Below, piece after piece: positions 1 through 10,452 of a stretch of 64,000 nt of DNA; within the stretch, counting starts at the first letter, position 1; each line of letters opens with the position of its first letter. The notes below the pieces were generated by a model. That model ran no database searches and was not told the DNA's origin. It saw only the letters and a list, made by a program, of their open reading frames with translations. This DNA comes from an uncultured Gemmatimonadales bacterium (lineage in GTDB: Bacteria; Gemmatimonadota; Gemmatimonadetes; Gemmatimonadales; Gemmatimonadaceae): positions 800,001 through 864,000 of the forward strand of contig CAVPQB010000004.1 of NCBI GenBank assembly GCA_963707505.1, in the 5' to 3' direction. The position numbers were made by a program, and so were the translations under genes.

Positions 1-1
1 C

Positions 2-478
2 TTCCGCCCACCCGGTCCATTCTCGGCGTACCTCAACGTCGCGCTCAACCATGCGTATGGCCAGGGACCCATCACCGGAGGCTTTTTCCCGACTGATACG
101 CCGCAGGGATACTTCGATCTTGATCACGATCAGCGGCTTTCCGGCACGATCAGCGCGACGTATGCACCGGGTCACTTCTACACGAGCTACACCGGTACGT
201 ATGGATCGGGTCTTACGAACGGCCTCCAGCCGGCTGATTGCAGCTGCTCGTACGGCACGGCATTGCTCGACTTCAACAAGGGGACCCACGTGAGCCCGAG
301 CTACATCTCGAATGTGAGCGTCGGCTATTCCTTCGCTGTGGGCGGCTCGTTGGTTCGGCCGGAACTGTACGTCGATAACCTCTTCGACAAGAAATATCTG
401 TTGAAGGGTGCATTTTTCAGCGGCGCATCCGTCGGGCGCCCACGCAGTGTTCAGATCCGCGTCAACATCGCGCAGTAG
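2..478 (+). CDS. TonB-dependent receptor, C-terminal fragment (5' truncated by window)
   Basis: Frame 2 is open from base 2 (FRPPGPFSAYLNVALNHAYG...LDHDQR...). It ends with amphipathic beta strands and a YVDNLFDKKY...GRPRSVQIRV TBDR-type C-terminal motif. Confidence 0.8.
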   Translation, partial: FRPPGPFSAYLNVALNHAYGQGPITGGFFPTDTPQGYFDLDHDQRLSGTISATYAPGHFYTSYTGTYGSGLTNGLQPADCSCSYGTALLDFNKGTHVSPSYISNVSVGYSFAVGGSLVRPELYVDNLFDKKYLLKGAFFSGASVGRPRSVQIRVNIAQ

Positions 479-672
479 CCCGCACCCGCGATCGCGTGGG
501 GAAGGGCACCGACACGCCCATTCCCCGCTCGATCGCCCTCGTCACCGCAGTGAGCCGATTGTACCACATCCTGGCCATGCAATGCGTACATTGGACGGGT
601 CGATCGCGGACTGGGTGAACGGATGCAAATCCTGCCGCCGCGAGGTGGAATTTTCATTCGGGGCGAACAGTC

Positions 673-1467
673 ATGTTACTGACACGAACAGTGTGTGCGG
701 CGAGACGAACGGCGTTTGCGATGGCAGCAGTGTGCGCGATGACGAGTGCGGTCGCGGCGCAGGACAACACGGAGATTCAGGTCTACGGCGCGGAGACCGT
801 CGCCGCCGGCCGTACGATGCTCGAGCTGCACAGCAACTTCACCGATCGCGGGAGATCCACGACCGAGGACGGCGTGCAGCCGACGCTACACGCGATGCAC
901 GAGACGGTCGAGGTCACTCACGGCTTCACACCGTGGTTCGAGGTCGGTTTCTACACGTTCACCACCGTCCAGCCCGATGGACAGTTCGAGTACGTCGGCA
1001 ACCACGTTCGGCCGCGCTTCAGAATACCCGAGTCGTGGGGATTGCCCGTTGGACTCAGTCTGTCGCAGGAAGTCGGCTACCAGCGCAGTCTCTTCTCTGT
1101 CGATACATGGAGCTGGGAAATTCGCCCGATCGTCGACCAGACGCTCGGAAGATTCTACTGGGCTCTGAATCCGACCTTCGAGCGCACGCTCAAGGGGCCC
1201 GATGTCGTCAAGGGATTCGAATTCACACCGAACGCCAAGATCGCATTCGACGTTACCAAACTCGTCACGGCGGGCTTTGAATATTACGGGGCGATGGGCG
1301 ACGTGAGGCACTTCGATCCGTGGCAACAGCAGAGCCACGAGATCTATCCCGCGATCGATCTGAATCTCGGCCCTGACTGGGAAGTCAATTTCGGTGTGAG
1401 CGTTCCGGTCTCGAAGGGTGTCGAGGACCGGCGGGTAATCAAACTCATCACCGGCCGCCGCTTCTGA
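673..1467 (+). CDS. Exported protein, probable outer-membrane beta-barrel/porin-like
   Basis: Signal peptide (AVAAQ), aromatic-rich alternating strands, terminal Phe; lies downstream of a TBDR. Confidence 0.6.
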   Translation: MLLTRTVCAARRTAFAMAAVCAMTSAVAAQDNTEIQVYGAETVAAGRTMLELHSNFTDRGRSTTEDGVQPTLHAMHETVEVTHGFTPWFEVGFYTFTTVQPDGQFEYVGNHVRPRFRIPESWGLPVGLSLSQEVGYQRSLFSVDTWSWEIRPIVDQTLGRFYWALNPTFERTLKGPDVVKGFEFTPNAKIAFDVTKLVTAGFEYYGAMGDVRHFDPWQQQSHEIYPAIDLNLGPDWEVNFGVSVPVSKGVEDRRVIKLITGRRF

Positions 1468-3025
1468 GCTCCGGTATCGGATCTCCGTTGGGAAAAACGC
1501 GCGCTGGCGGCGACAGGTTGCCTGTTCGACCCACCGCGTAAACCCACACTTCGCGCGGTGACTTATCGCCACGTCCGGCAAGGAAGTGCGTCTGCTCCGA
1601 GCCAGGAATTATCTGTGTAGTCCAGCCGGCAGATGTGCGCGCCTGGACGACCCACAGCCACGGAGCTTTTTCGCCGTTGGCTGGATCCATGTCGATCACC
1701 ATCTCGCCCGATGCAGCGTCGAGCCGCGGCTGCGCGGCGGGACGTCCCGGAGCAATCGAGTCGAGCCACGGTGATGCCGGCACGAGCGCGGGTTGCGCGT
1801 AGCTGTCACGCGTCAGACGCTCGTCCAGGCTGTCCGGATCCTGCATCAACACGTTCATGCTGAACAGAACGTCACCACTCGCACCGGTCTGGGCGCGCGT
1901 GAGCCGGATCAAATCCAGAATTTCACGGGCACCGCGCCCCTTGGGCGCAGTATCCTTTGCGAGTCCGGCATTGAGACCGGCCCAGACATGACGCCGGTAA
2001 GTGTTCTGTGAGACCCACCACGCGAGCAATTGCGAGAAATTCTGCTGCGGCCTGCCAACCGGCCAGTACAGCTGCGGAACGAGATAATCGACCCAGCCAT
2101 TATTCAGCCACTTGCGCGAGTCAGCAAAAATTTCCTCGTACGAGTCGAGCCCTCGCACCGATGACGGATATCCCGGTCGCCAGATCCCGAACGGGCTGAT
2201 ACCGAAACGCACCCACGGCTTCACCGCATGGATCTCGGCGCCGAGGCGTTGCACGAGAGCGTCGACGTTGTTGCGCCGCCAGTCACTCAGCGACATCGTG
2301 CCGCCACCGCTCCTGTACCGCTTGTACGCCGCGGCGTCGGGGAAGGGAATCGTGCGCCCCGACCGGTCGCTCTCACGATACGGATAGAAGTAATCGTCGA
2401 CGTGAATCGCGTCGACATCGTACCGCCTGGTGACGTCAACGATGGCGCGAACAGTGCGAGCCACCACGGCGGGATCACTCGGATCCATCCATACCTGCGG
2501 TCCGTAATGGCGAATTACCTGTGGATCGGTACGCGACACGTGCGATGGCGCAGCGTCACCCGGACTTGCGGGCTGCAGCGCGCGGTATGGATTGAACCAT
2601 GCATGCACCTCCAATCCACGGGCGTGCGCCTCGCGCACGACGAAAGCGAGCGGATCGTAGTAGGGCTCCGGCGCGCGTCCCATCCGTCCGCTCAGGAACG
2701 GTGACCATGGCTCGTGGTCGGACTGGTACAGTGCATCCGCTTCCGGCCGCACCTGAAAGATCACCGCATTCAGGTGCATTTCCACCGCACGATTGAGCAG
2801 CGCGATCATCTCGGCCTGCTGCTCCCACGTGCTGAGACCAGTGCGCGAGGGCCAGTCCATGTTGTTGACCGTCGCGATCCACACTCCACGAAACTCGCGC
2901 GAGATTGGGGGCGGTAAGCTGTCCGGTCGTGCCGTGACTGGTTGTGCTGCAGAAGTTGCAGCGGCGACGAAAAATGCGGCTGGTGCCGCCGCCTTGCGAA
3001 GGAGCGAAAAGAAACTAATTGCCAT
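1448..3025 (-). CDS. Glycoside hydrolase-like 10 (YddW/DigH, DUF187) family exported protein
   Basis: EFRGVWIATVNNMDWPS, QVRP, HAWFNPYR, HVDDYFYPY and PQLYW motifs. Confidence 0.9.
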   Translation of the reverse strand: MAISFFSLLRKAAAPAAFFVAAATSAAQPVTARPDSLPPPISREFRGVWIATVNNMDWPSRTGLSTWEQQAEMIALLNRAVEMHLNAVIFQVRPEADALYQSDHEPWSPFLSGRMGRAPEPYYDPLAFVVREAHARGLEVHAWFNPYRALQPASPGDAAPSHVSRTDPQVIRHYGPQVWMDPSDPAVVARTVRAIVDVTRRYDVDAIHVDDYFYPYRESDRSGRTIPFPDAAAYKRYRSGGGTMSLSDWRRNNVDALVQRLGAEIHAVKPWVRFGISPFGIWRPGYPSSVRGLDSYEEIFADSRKWLNNGWVDYLVPQLYWPVGRPQQNFSQLLAWWVSQNTYRRHVWAGLNAGLAKDTAPKGRGAREILDLIRLTRAQTGASGDVLFSMNVLMQDPDSLDERLTRDSYAQPALVPASPWLDSIAPGRPAAQPRLDAASGEMVIDMDPANGEKAPWLWVVQARTSAGWTTQIIPGSEQTHFLAGRGDKSPREVWVYAVGRTGNLSPPARVFPNGDPIPELRSGGR

Positions 3026-3084
3026 TACATCTCTATCTCATTCAGGGGCACATGGTGCCCGCCTTGTTTTGTAAATGCCAACGA

Positions 3085-3969
3085 CTATTCGATGTAGCTG
3101 CGCAGACGCTCCAGCATCGTTCTGTCTGTGGTCTCGGCGTCGTTCCCCTTTGGAGTCTCGATCACCTTGGCCACGCGCGCGAGGCGCGGATCGTTCATGA
3201 CGTGCCGGAACGGGATCTCGCCAAGCTCGCCCTCAGCGATCAACGCATGGCGGTCCTTGTGAGTGCCGAGTCCGAACTTGGAGTCGTTGAGATGCATCAT
3301 GCGCAGGCGTCCGATGTCGAGTGTGTCACCGAACTTCTGCATGACGCCTTCATAATCGCCGACGACGTCGTACCCAGCCGCGTACACGTGACATGTATCC
3401 ATGCACACTCCGACGCGGCTTCGCACCTCGGGGGCAATTCGCTCGATTATGGTACTCAACTCCTCGAACGTCGCACCGAGCGCCGTGCCGCTGCCGGCTG
3501 TCGTCTCGAGGAGCAGAAGAGTGTCGCCAGGCGCCGCGGCCAGGCCGGCGCTTATCGAATCAGCATTCCGCGCGATTCCTGATGCACGATCGTCCATGTA
3601 GTTGCCCGGATGCGATACGAGATAGTGCAGTCCGAGCGCATTGCAGCGGCGCAGCTCCGAGATGAACGACTGGAGCGAGCGCTCCCGCAAGTCATCCTTG
3701 GGTGATGCAAGATTGATGAGATAGCTGTCGTGCGCACTTATCGCGCGCACTTCGGTTTCAGCGATTCCCGCGCGGAACGCCGAGCACTCTTCCGGCTCGC
3801 ATTCACGCTCCCGCCACTGATTGGCCATCTTGGTGAAGATCTGCATCGCCGTGGCGCCGACCGCTTTTGCGCGTCCTGGCGACGCGGGGACGCCGCCGGC
3901 GGTCGATATGTGTGCGCCCAGCAAGAGTGTTTCGTTATTCACACCGGCCTCCGGTGAAGACGGTTGCAT
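3085..3969 (-). CDS. nfo: Endonuclease IV (AP endonuclease 2)
   Basis: GAHIS, HDSYLINLAS, HPG, ETTAG, DTCH, HLNDSK, DRH and ETP metal-binding motifs. Confidence 0.95.
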   Translation of the reverse strand: MQPSSPEAGVNNETLLLGAHISTAGGVPASPGRAKAVGATAMQIFTKMANQWRERECEPEECSAFRAGIAETEVRAISAHDSYLINLASPKDDLRERSLQSFISELRRCNALGLHYLVSHPGNYMDDRASGIARNADSISAGLAAAPGDTLLLLETTAGSGTALGATFEELSTIIERIAPEVRSRVGVCMDTCHVYAAGYDVVGDYEGVMQKFGDTLDIGRLRMMHLNDSKFGLGTHKDRHALIAEGELGEIPFRHVMNDPRLARVAKVIETPKGNDAETTDRTMLERLRSYIE

Positions 3970-3978
3970 CAGGTGTTG

Positions 3979-5163
3979 TCAGTGACCGCGCAGCCATGTA
4001 GCCGGATCTACCGCCGGCCCGCCGTGCCTGATCTCGAAATGCAGGTGCGGAGGAAGGTCAGGGTCCGACGTGCCGACCTCGCCCACTACCTGTCCCTTGG
4101 ATATGTGTGCGCCCTTCGCGACGTTGATCTTGCTGAGCGACCCGTACACCGAATAGTCGCCGCCGCCATGCTCGACGATGACGGTTTGCCCGTAAGTGCC
4201 GAGTTGCCCTGCGAGCACGACGTCACCCGCAGCTACCGCGCGCACCGACGTGCCCGGCGCCGCCGCGATGCCGATTCCATTCCAGCGGAGCGTCGTGTTG
4301 TCGGGACGCACTACACGGCCGAAGTTGTACAGGATGTTGCCGTCCACCGGCCAGTCCAGCTTGCCGTAATCCGACGTCTTGATCGAGCTTGCGCCGCGAG
4401 CGATGGCGCTCGCCTTGCTGCTTCCGCGTCGGCGCGCAGCCTCGATGGACGAGATGATGTCGTTCAGCTTGGACTCGCTGCGCTTGACCTGGGCCAGCCG
4501 CTGCTGCGTCTTGCGGGAGTCGGCCTGTACCTGCACCAGGCTCTTCTGGCGCTGGCTTTCGAGCGCCTGGAGCCGCGACTCTTCCTGCGCCTTCTCCAGC
4601 CGGTTCTGTTGCACGTCGCTCTGCAGGCTCACGAGCTGCCTTCTTCGTCCACGGATCGTGGTTCGAAGGTCGTCCATTCGCTTCACGAGCGCGCGATCGT
4701 GAACGGCAATCTCGTGCAGATACTTATATCGCGCGATGAGCTCGCCAAAGGAGTCGGCTGACAACAACGCCTGAAAATCGAATAATGGCCCGCGCTTGTA
4801 GATCTCGACGAGTCGGTGATTCAATATCGCGCGCTTCGCCTCCGCCTCGTCCTCGGCGCGGACGAGGCTCGACGTCGTTCCCTTGACCTCGTCCGTGATG
4901 AGGCCGAGCTGCTGGTCGAGCGACGTTACCACGCGTTTGGTGGCGTCGTGCTGCTTGTTGATGTTCTTCAGCTCGTCGTTCAGGGAGTGGGCGCTGGACT
5001 GCAGCTTGTTCATGCGCTGCTGAAGCTCCGCGCGCTCGCGCTTGATGCGGTCAAGCTCCTCGCGATTGCTCTTGAGACGCGCGTCGGTGTCCTGTCCGGC
5101 GAGCGCCATCGGCAACACAGGCAGCAACAGCATCGCGCTCAGCGCGATCACACTGTACTTCAC
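3979..5163 (-). CDS. envC: Murein hydrolase activator EnvC (coiled coil + M23/LytM domain)
   Basis: Signal peptide, long coiled coil, LDWPV...WNGIGI...HLHFEIR degenerate M23 domain; follows ftsEX. Confidence 0.9.
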   Translation of the reverse strand: MKYSVIALSAMLLLPVLPMALAGQDTDARLKSNREELDRIKRERAELQQRMNKLQSSAHSLNDELKNINKQHDATKRVVTSLDQQLGLITDEVKGTTSSLVRAEDEAEAKRAILNHRLVEIYKRGPLFDFQALLSADSFGELIARYKYLHEIAVHDRALVKRMDDLRTTIRGRRRQLVSLQSDVQQNRLEKAQEESRLQALESQRQKSLVQVQADSRKTQQRLAQVKRSESKLNDIISSIEAARRRGSSKASAIARGASSIKTSDYGKLDWPVDGNILYNFGRVVRPDNTTLRWNGIGIAAAPGTSVRAVAAGDVVLAGQLGTYGQTVIVEHGGGDYSVYGSLSKINVAKGAHISKGQVVGEVGTSDPDLPPHLHFEIRHGGPAVDPATWLRGH

Positions 5164-6005
5164 AGCCGGCGCAGCTGCCGTCCCACGGCGAACGTGCTTC
5201 CCAGCAGACCGATTATCGCGCCGCCAATCACTCCCGCCGTAGCAAGCGCCGGATCGAAGAATTCAGTCCGCATGAACGAGTGACTGATGGCCGTACTCGT
5301 CGCCCACGTGAGACCGAGTGCGAGCAATCCGCCCATCACGCCCTGGATGAATCCCTCCAGTACGAACGGCATTCGGATGAATCCGTTGGTCGCGCCGACG
5401 AGTCGCATGATCTCGATCTCCCGGGCACGGGCCATCACCATGATCCGAATCGTCGCGCCGATGATGATCACGGCAACCGCCGCGAACGCGAGACCCAGTC
5501 CGGTGCCAACCAGCGTCGCGATCGTGCGCAGTCGGTACAGCTTCGCCACCCAGTCCTCGCCGTAGCGAACGTCATCCACGAAGTCGTAAGACTTGAGACG
5601 GTTCGCGACGGCCTGGACAGTGGTTGGGTCGCGATAGCCCGGCTTCAGCTTGATGTCCAGCGATGCAGGCAACACACCCGGCTCGAATACGTCGCTGAAC
5701 TCACCCAGCTCCTTGCGCGCACGCGCGTATGCGTCGTCCTGTGATACGTACGTCACGGACAGCACTTCCGGAAATGCGTGAATGTCACCCATGGCGGCGC
5801 TGGAGGCCTCGACTGGAGTGCCGTCGGCGATGAACGCTCTTATCTCGACGCGATTCTCGATCGCCTGCAACGCGTCGCGGATATTCACGGCAACGAGTCC
5901 GAACAGTCCGAATGCGAACAGTGAGAACGCGATGGTGACGACGCCCAGTACGCTCAGGAGCGGTGCGCGCCGAAACGCCGAGAATGCTTCGCGGAGCGCC
6001 ATCAT
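5160..6005 (-). CDS. ftsX: Cell division permease FtsX
   Basis: 4-TM topology; REIEIMRLVGATNGFIRMPFVLEG motif. Confidence 0.95.
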   Translation of the reverse strand: MMALREAFSAFRRAPLLSVLGVVTIAFSLFAFGLFGLVAVNIRDALQAIENRVEIRAFIADGTPVEASSAAMGDIHAFPEVLSVTYVSQDDAYARARKELGEFSDVFEPGVLPASLDIKLKPGYRDPTTVQAVANRLKSYDFVDDVRYGEDWVAKLYRLRTIATLVGTGLGLAFAAVAVIIIGATIRIMVMARAREIEIMRLVGATNGFIRMPFVLEGFIQGVMGGLLALGLTWATSTAISHSFMRTEFFDPALATAGVIGGAIIGLLGSTFAVGRQLRRL

Positions 6006-6018
6006 ACGGGATTCCTGC

Positions 6019-6753
6019 TCATATCGGATTCTCGTCGTGATGGCTCGGTGCTACCACGCTCGGTGCCTTCTCGACCGGTGGCGCTTCCGCGCTGTCGTAA
6101 ACGAGACGTCCGTGGTTCAACTCGATCGTGCGGTATTCGGTGCGCCTGATCAGATCGAGATCGTGCGTCGCCATGATGACGGCGGTACCGGCGGTGTTGA
6201 TCTCGCGCAGAAGCTGAAAAACTCCGCGTGTCGCGCGCTCATCCAGATTGCCGGTCGGCTCGTCCGCGATGAGCACGAACGGATCGTTCACGAGTGCGCG
6301 CGCGATTGCGACACGCTGCTGCTCGCCGCCGGAAAGCTCCCGCGGCAGGGCGGTTCCCTTGGATGCGAGACCGACCTGCGTCAGTACGCGGCTCACGCGC
6401 TGCCTTATCATGTCGGCCGGTGTTCCGGTCACTTCCAGAGCGAACGCGATATTTGCCTCAGCCGAGCGGTCTTCCAGCAAACGGAAATCCTGAAACACGA
6501 TTCCCAGATGCCGGCGCACCATGGACACTTCCTTCCTCGACGCGTCGCGAGCGCTGACACCGTTGACCCACACGTCGCCAGCGGTTGGCCGCTCTTCCAT
6601 GTAGATCAGCTTGAGGATCGTGGACTTGCCCGACCCGCTCGGACCCGTGAGAAATGCGAATTCGCCCTTGTGCAACTGAAACGACGCGTGGCTCAGCGCC
6701 ACCCCGCCGCGCGTGTACTCCTTCGCGACGTTAAGAAACCGTACCAGACTCAA
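6019..6753 (-). CDS. ftsE: Cell division ATP-binding protein FtsE
   Basis: [25 protein letters not shown] and ADEPTGNLD motifs; adjacent to ftsX. Confidence 0.95.
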   Translation of the reverse strand: MSLVRFLNVAKEYTRGGVALSHASFQLHKGEFAFLTGPSGSGKSTILKLIYMEERPTAGDVWVNGVSARDASRKEVSMVRRHLGIVFQDFRLLEDRSAEANIAFALEVTGTPADMIRQRVSRVLTQVGLASKGTALPRELSGGEQQRVAIARALVNDPFVLIADEPTGNLDERATRGVFQLLREINTAGTAVIMATHDLDLIRRTEYRTIELNHGRLVYDSAEAPPVEKAPSVVAPSHHDENPI

Positions 6754-6760
6754 CCTTCAG

Positions 6761-7897
6761 CTACCTCAATGCCTGCTCAAAATCTGCAATCAAGTCGCCC
6801 GCATCCTCGAGTCCGACGCTGAAGCGCAGGAATCCGTCAGGAATCCCGATCTCGGCGCGCCCTTCCGGCGTCATCGCGGCGTGAGAAGTGTATCGCGGCT
6901 CACTCACCAGCGTATCCACCCCGCCCAGACTCGGCGCGTGCATCACCATCTCGAGCTTTTCAAGGAAACGCGTCGCGGCGTCGCCGCCACCGGCGAGCAC
7001 GAGCGCCATCATCCCGCCGAAGCCGTCGAGACACTGCTGCGCGATCTCGTGGTCCGGGTGTGATTCGAGGCCGGGATAGAGTACCTGGGCGAACTCGGGA
7101 CGCGTCTCGCACCACTGCGCCAACTTCATCGCGTTCTCGTTCTGTCGCCGCACGCGAACGTCCAGCGTCTTCATGCCGCGCTCCAGCAGCCACACGGAAA
7201 ACGGATCCGGCGACTGGCCCCATACGATCATCTTCCTGCGGACCTCTTCGACATAGGACGCAGTGCCGATCACCGCGCCACCCAGTACGTCGTGATGACC
7301 GTTGAGGTACTTGGTGGTGGAGTGAATGACGATGTCCGCGCCCTGTTCCAGCGGCCGGAAGTTGATGGGACTCGCAAAGGTGGAGTCGACTGCGAGCGCG
7401 ACGCCTTCAGCCTTGGCGAGATTGGCGAGCGAGCTCAGGTCGAGCACGCGACAGGTCGGGTTGACCGGCGACTCGACGAATATCGCGCGCGTCGTCTGGC
7501 GCAGCGCCTTGCGCCACATGCGCGGTGCAAGCGGATCGATCAGCGTGACTTCGATCCCCATGCCAGCCAGTTCCTGCGTGAAGAGCTTGTGCGTGCCGCC
7601 GTAAATCCACGAGCTGGAGAGCAGGTGATCGCCCGGTCGCAGCAGTGCCAGCATCGCGCAACCCGTTGCACCCATTCCACTCGATAGAGCGACCGCTGCC
7701 TCGCCGCCATCCAGCATCGCGAGCCTGCGTTCGACGACCTCCACATTCGGCGTGTTGCCGTATCGCCCGTACTTGAGACCTTCGGCGGTACCGAGCTCCT
7801 GAATGAAGCTCACCGACTGCGTGATCGGCGTGACAATCGGCGAGCCGGGCGGCAGATGCGTCGAGCCGCCGTGAAGCGGAATGGTTGACCGTCTCAT
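6761..7897 (-). CDS. Cys/Met metabolism PLP enzyme (cystathionine gamma-synthase/lyase or methionine gamma-lyase family)
   Basis: YGRYGNTP, SSGMGA, ESPVNP, VDSTFASP, HSTTKYLNGH (PLP Lys), SLGGVDTL and FSVGLED motifs. Confidence 0.9.
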   Translation of the reverse strand: MRRSTIPLHGGSTHLPPGSPIVTPITQSVSFIQELGTAEGLKYGRYGNTPNVEVVERRLAMLDGGEAAVALSSGMGATGCAMLALLRPGDHLLSSSWIYGGTHKLFTQELAGMGIEVTLIDPLAPRMWRKALRQTTRAIFVESPVNPTCRVLDLSSLANLAKAEGVALAVDSTFASPINFRPLEQGADIVIHSTTKYLNGHHDVLGGAVIGTASYVEEVRRKMIVWGQSPDPFSVWLLERGMKTLDVRVRRQNENAMKLAQWCETRPEFAQVLYPGLESHPDHEIAQQCLDGFGGMMALVLAGGGDAATRFLEKLEMVMHAPSLGGVDTLVSEPRYTSHAAMTPEGRAEIGIPDGFLRFSVGLEDAGDLIADFEQALR

Positions 7898-7899
7898 TC

Positions 7900-8223
7900 T
7901 TACGTTCTGTCTGGAGTGTCCAGGTCCGGCTTCACTACCGTCACGGACTCGGAGGGAAGCACACCGGGGATGTCTCGCAGCCCGCAGGTGTGTTGTGGAA
8001 ACGAATCGTCGATCAGCACTTCCGCCAACTGTTGTCCGCGCCCGCCACGAACCCAGGCCAGCTCACCGTTGGACAGAATGCGAAACCGTGCGTCCACGCC
8101 TGACAGTCTAACCTGTGGACCGCGCTCGGGGTCGTCCTTCCTCGTAGCCACGTAATCGATAACGCGCAGCTCCGGTTGGAAACCCTTTATGTCCACGGTC
8201 GGACGCGAGCCAAAAAACTTCAT
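7900..8223 (-). CDS. Small protein resembling a stand-alone molybdopterin-dinucleotide-binding (double-psi beta-barrel) domain
   Basis: VRLSGVDA...GELAWVRGGRGQQLAEVLID pattern; tightly packed in the operon. Confidence 0.5.
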   Translation of the reverse strand: MKFFGSRPTVDIKGFQPELRVIDYVATRKDDPERGPQVRLSGVDARFRILSNGELAWVRGGRGQQLAEVLIDDSFPQHTCGLRDIPGVLPSESVTVVKPDLDTPDRT

Positions 8224-8588
8224 CAGTGTGTGACAGCTATATAAGAATTGGAGTCAGCTTCATGTGAGACGAGCGACATCCCGTGGCGCTCGAGGACAAC
8301 ATCGATCGCTTCGATGTGTGACTCGCTGAGCCCCGTGAAGACGAACGTCGGCGTTCCCTTTTCGTGCTGCATGACCAGCTTTGCAACTATCTCGTCGGCG
8401 CATGAGAAATCCATCATCCCGACCTGGGAGAAGTCGATCACAGTGACCTCGCAATCGCTCGCGGCCTGGATTTGCGCCTCTATATACACGCGAACCGCCA
8501 CGCCGGTCGGGCGCGTGACGAGATTCGAGTAGGTCTCGGAAACTGCATGCCGCAGCACGCTGCTCACGTCGATGTGGTTCTTCATCAT
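8223..8588 (-). CDS. STAS-like (DUF4325 / anti-anti-sigma type) protein
   Basis: VTVIDFSQVGMMDFSCADEI...FVFTGLS STAS signature with a candidate phospho-Ser. Confidence 0.75.
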   Translation of the reverse strand: MMKNHIDVSSVLRHAVSETYSNLVTRPTGVAVRVYIEAQIQAASDCEVTVIDFSQVGMMDFSCADEIVAKLVMQHEKGTPTFVFTGLSESHIEAIDVVLERHGMSLVSHEADSNSYIAVTH

Positions 8589-9469
8589 CGGTCAACGCGC
8601 TCTGGAATTGTGATCTGAATCTGGGCACCCGGAAATGCCGGGAGGTTTTCCTGTAGTGGTACGTCATCGTCCCACGTGGGGACGATCGCCAGGCGTGCGG
8701 TGCCGCTCCGCACCGAGAACTTGCCGTCCCACCTTCCTATGAATCTCCGGACGCCAGCGAGGCCCTGGCCGCGTCCCGTGTCCCGGAACCGGCTCACGCC
8801 ACGCATCACCGCCTCCTCGAGCGCCATTCCGTCGTCCCAGCGGTCGGATCTCGGACGGCCCGGTGCAGATTCGAGCGACGCTCTGAATCCGCGCCCGGCG
8901 TCGCAGACAGCGATCACCAGCACGCGACGTCCGCCCAGCCGCTTCTGCCAGCGGTAGCTGTTCACCGCGACCCAGCCGCCGTGCTCCGCGTGCTCCACGA
9001 TGTTCTGGCAGGTCTCCGACAGCGCCATCGTGAATCGCATGGTCGCCGTTGCATCCAGCTTGAGCTCGTTCACGAGGATCGACTGTGCCCGCTGCTGCAC
9101 CTTGTCCACGACGGTGTGAACGTCCTCGCTCGCGTTCACCGGCGTAACCTCCAGCAGCACAGCCGGCTCGCTCTGCCGTCCGCGTGGCACCGATCCCACT
9201 ATGTCGTACAGGTCCGCCGCATAGCGAAAGAATCCGGCGCGCGCCCAGTACAACGCGACGTCGTCAGCCTCCGGCACCGCAAGACTGGGGCGCTCCAGTC
9301 GCGTTTGTGCGAGCGCGAGCAGGGCGGTGAGGCCGTAAGGTGACGCCCACCGTGCATGACGCGCATCGATGAGAACCTTGTCATCGCGCTGGAGTCGCGA
9401 CAACGGCTCCAGTATCTGCTCGAACGTGGCGTCATCCAGAGATGGTGGAACAGTGATGACGTTCGTCAC
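8585..9469 (-). CDS. N-terminal STAS-like + HATPase_c (RsbW/RsbT-like Ser kinase/anti-sigma) protein
   Basis: N-box ETCQNIVEHA, G1 DAGRGF and G2 GRGQGL; no HisKA H-box; N-terminal VLIDARHARWASPYGL is STAS-like. Confidence 0.75.
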   Translation of the reverse strand: MTNVITVPPSLDDATFEQILEPLSRLQRDDKVLIDARHARWASPYGLTALLALAQTRLERPSLAVPEADDVALYWARAGFFRYAADLYDIVGSVPRGRQSEPAVLLEVTPVNASEDVHTVVDKVQQRAQSILVNELKLDATATMRFTMALSETCQNIVEHAEHGGWVAVNSYRWQKRLGGRRVLVIAVCDAGRGFRASLESAPGRPRSDRWDDGMALEEAVMRGVSRFRDTGRGQGLAGVRRFIGRWDGKFSVRSGTARLAIVPTWDDDVPLQENLPAFPGAQIQITIPERVDR

Positions 9470-10452
9470 GTTAGCGAGAGTTCTCCGCGCAGGTAGCTCG
9501 CGAGGCTCGTTGCCCCGCGGTGGGTAAGATTGCGCGACGCCGCAAGCATCGCGGCGTCGATCGCGTCGCCTAACTTATCACCTGCAAGCAGTCGTGCGAA
9601 ATGGGTTGCGCCCCAGACATCGCCACATCCGGTTGGATCACCTGTTCCGGTCACGATTGCCGGAACCGCCGGCACCCGCGCAGTTCGTATGGCGCCCCCA
9701 AGCGCGGCCGATGCCGGAAGTTTTGTCCGTTTGATATCGGACAGTTGTTCGAATTTCGGCGCGGCGAAGTAAATGACCCCCTTGGGTCCCAAGGTCACAT
9801 TTATGACGGAAACGCCAGAGGCCATTGCAGTCGCCGCCAGTGCCATCGCGTCGGGCGCCAGCAGCGCGAGCTCATCCTCGTTCACCTGGAGCAGATCGAA
9901 GCACTGCATCCAGCCTGCGATGTTCGGAACGAGGTGAGGCACGCGAAATCCCTCCGGATCCACTGCCAGCAGCAACGAATGCATGTCGCAGTAGATGACG
10001 CCGCCGAAATACTGCCGGATCAACTGAGCGGTCTCGAGTGACAGCTCCCAGCCGCTGATGAGATTGACATACAATGCGTCCAGTCCGACGAGCAGAGGCT
10101 TGAGCCCGAGCCAGTGCCAGCCCGGGATGCCGCCGGTGAGCTGTTCGGTGCGCCGCTCGCTGCTCTCGTAGCGCAACGTTACGCGGTTGTTTGGATAAGG
10201 CACTTCGATCACCGCCGCATCAGTCGCCAGATGCCGCAGTGTCGCGAGATAATCGCGCGCGCGTTGCGCCAGGTCGCTTCCGACCTTGATGAGTGGAACG
10301 ATCTCCCATTCTTCGCTCAGCGCCGCATCGAGGCCGGCGAGCGCGTAGGTGATTCCGCCCCACTCGTTGACAGGAGCCTGTGACGGATCTCTGCCGTGTA
10401 TCTCGTCCCAGACGAACGTGCCGATGACGCCAAGCCGGCGCCGCGCGCGCAT
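9466..10452 (-). CDS. PfkB/ribokinase-family carbohydrate kinase
   Basis: WGG, NEDE, VTLGPKG and DPTGCGD anion-hole motifs. Confidence 0.85.
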   Translation of the reverse strand: MRARRRLGVIGTFVWDEIHGRDPSQAPVNEWGGITYALAGLDAALSEEWEIVPLIKVGSDLAQRARDYLATLRHLATDAAVIEVPYPNNRVTLRYESSERRTEQLTGGIPGWHWLGLKPLLVGLDALYVNLISGWELSLETAQLIRQYFGGVIYCDMHSLLLAVDPEGFRVPHLVPNIAGWMQCFDLLQVNEDELALLAPDAMALAATAMASGVSVINVTLGPKGVIYFAAPKFEQLSDIKRTKLPASAALGGAIRTARVPAVPAIVTGTGDPTGCGDVWGATHFARLLAGDKLGDAIDAAMLAASRNLTHRGATSLASYLRGELSLT

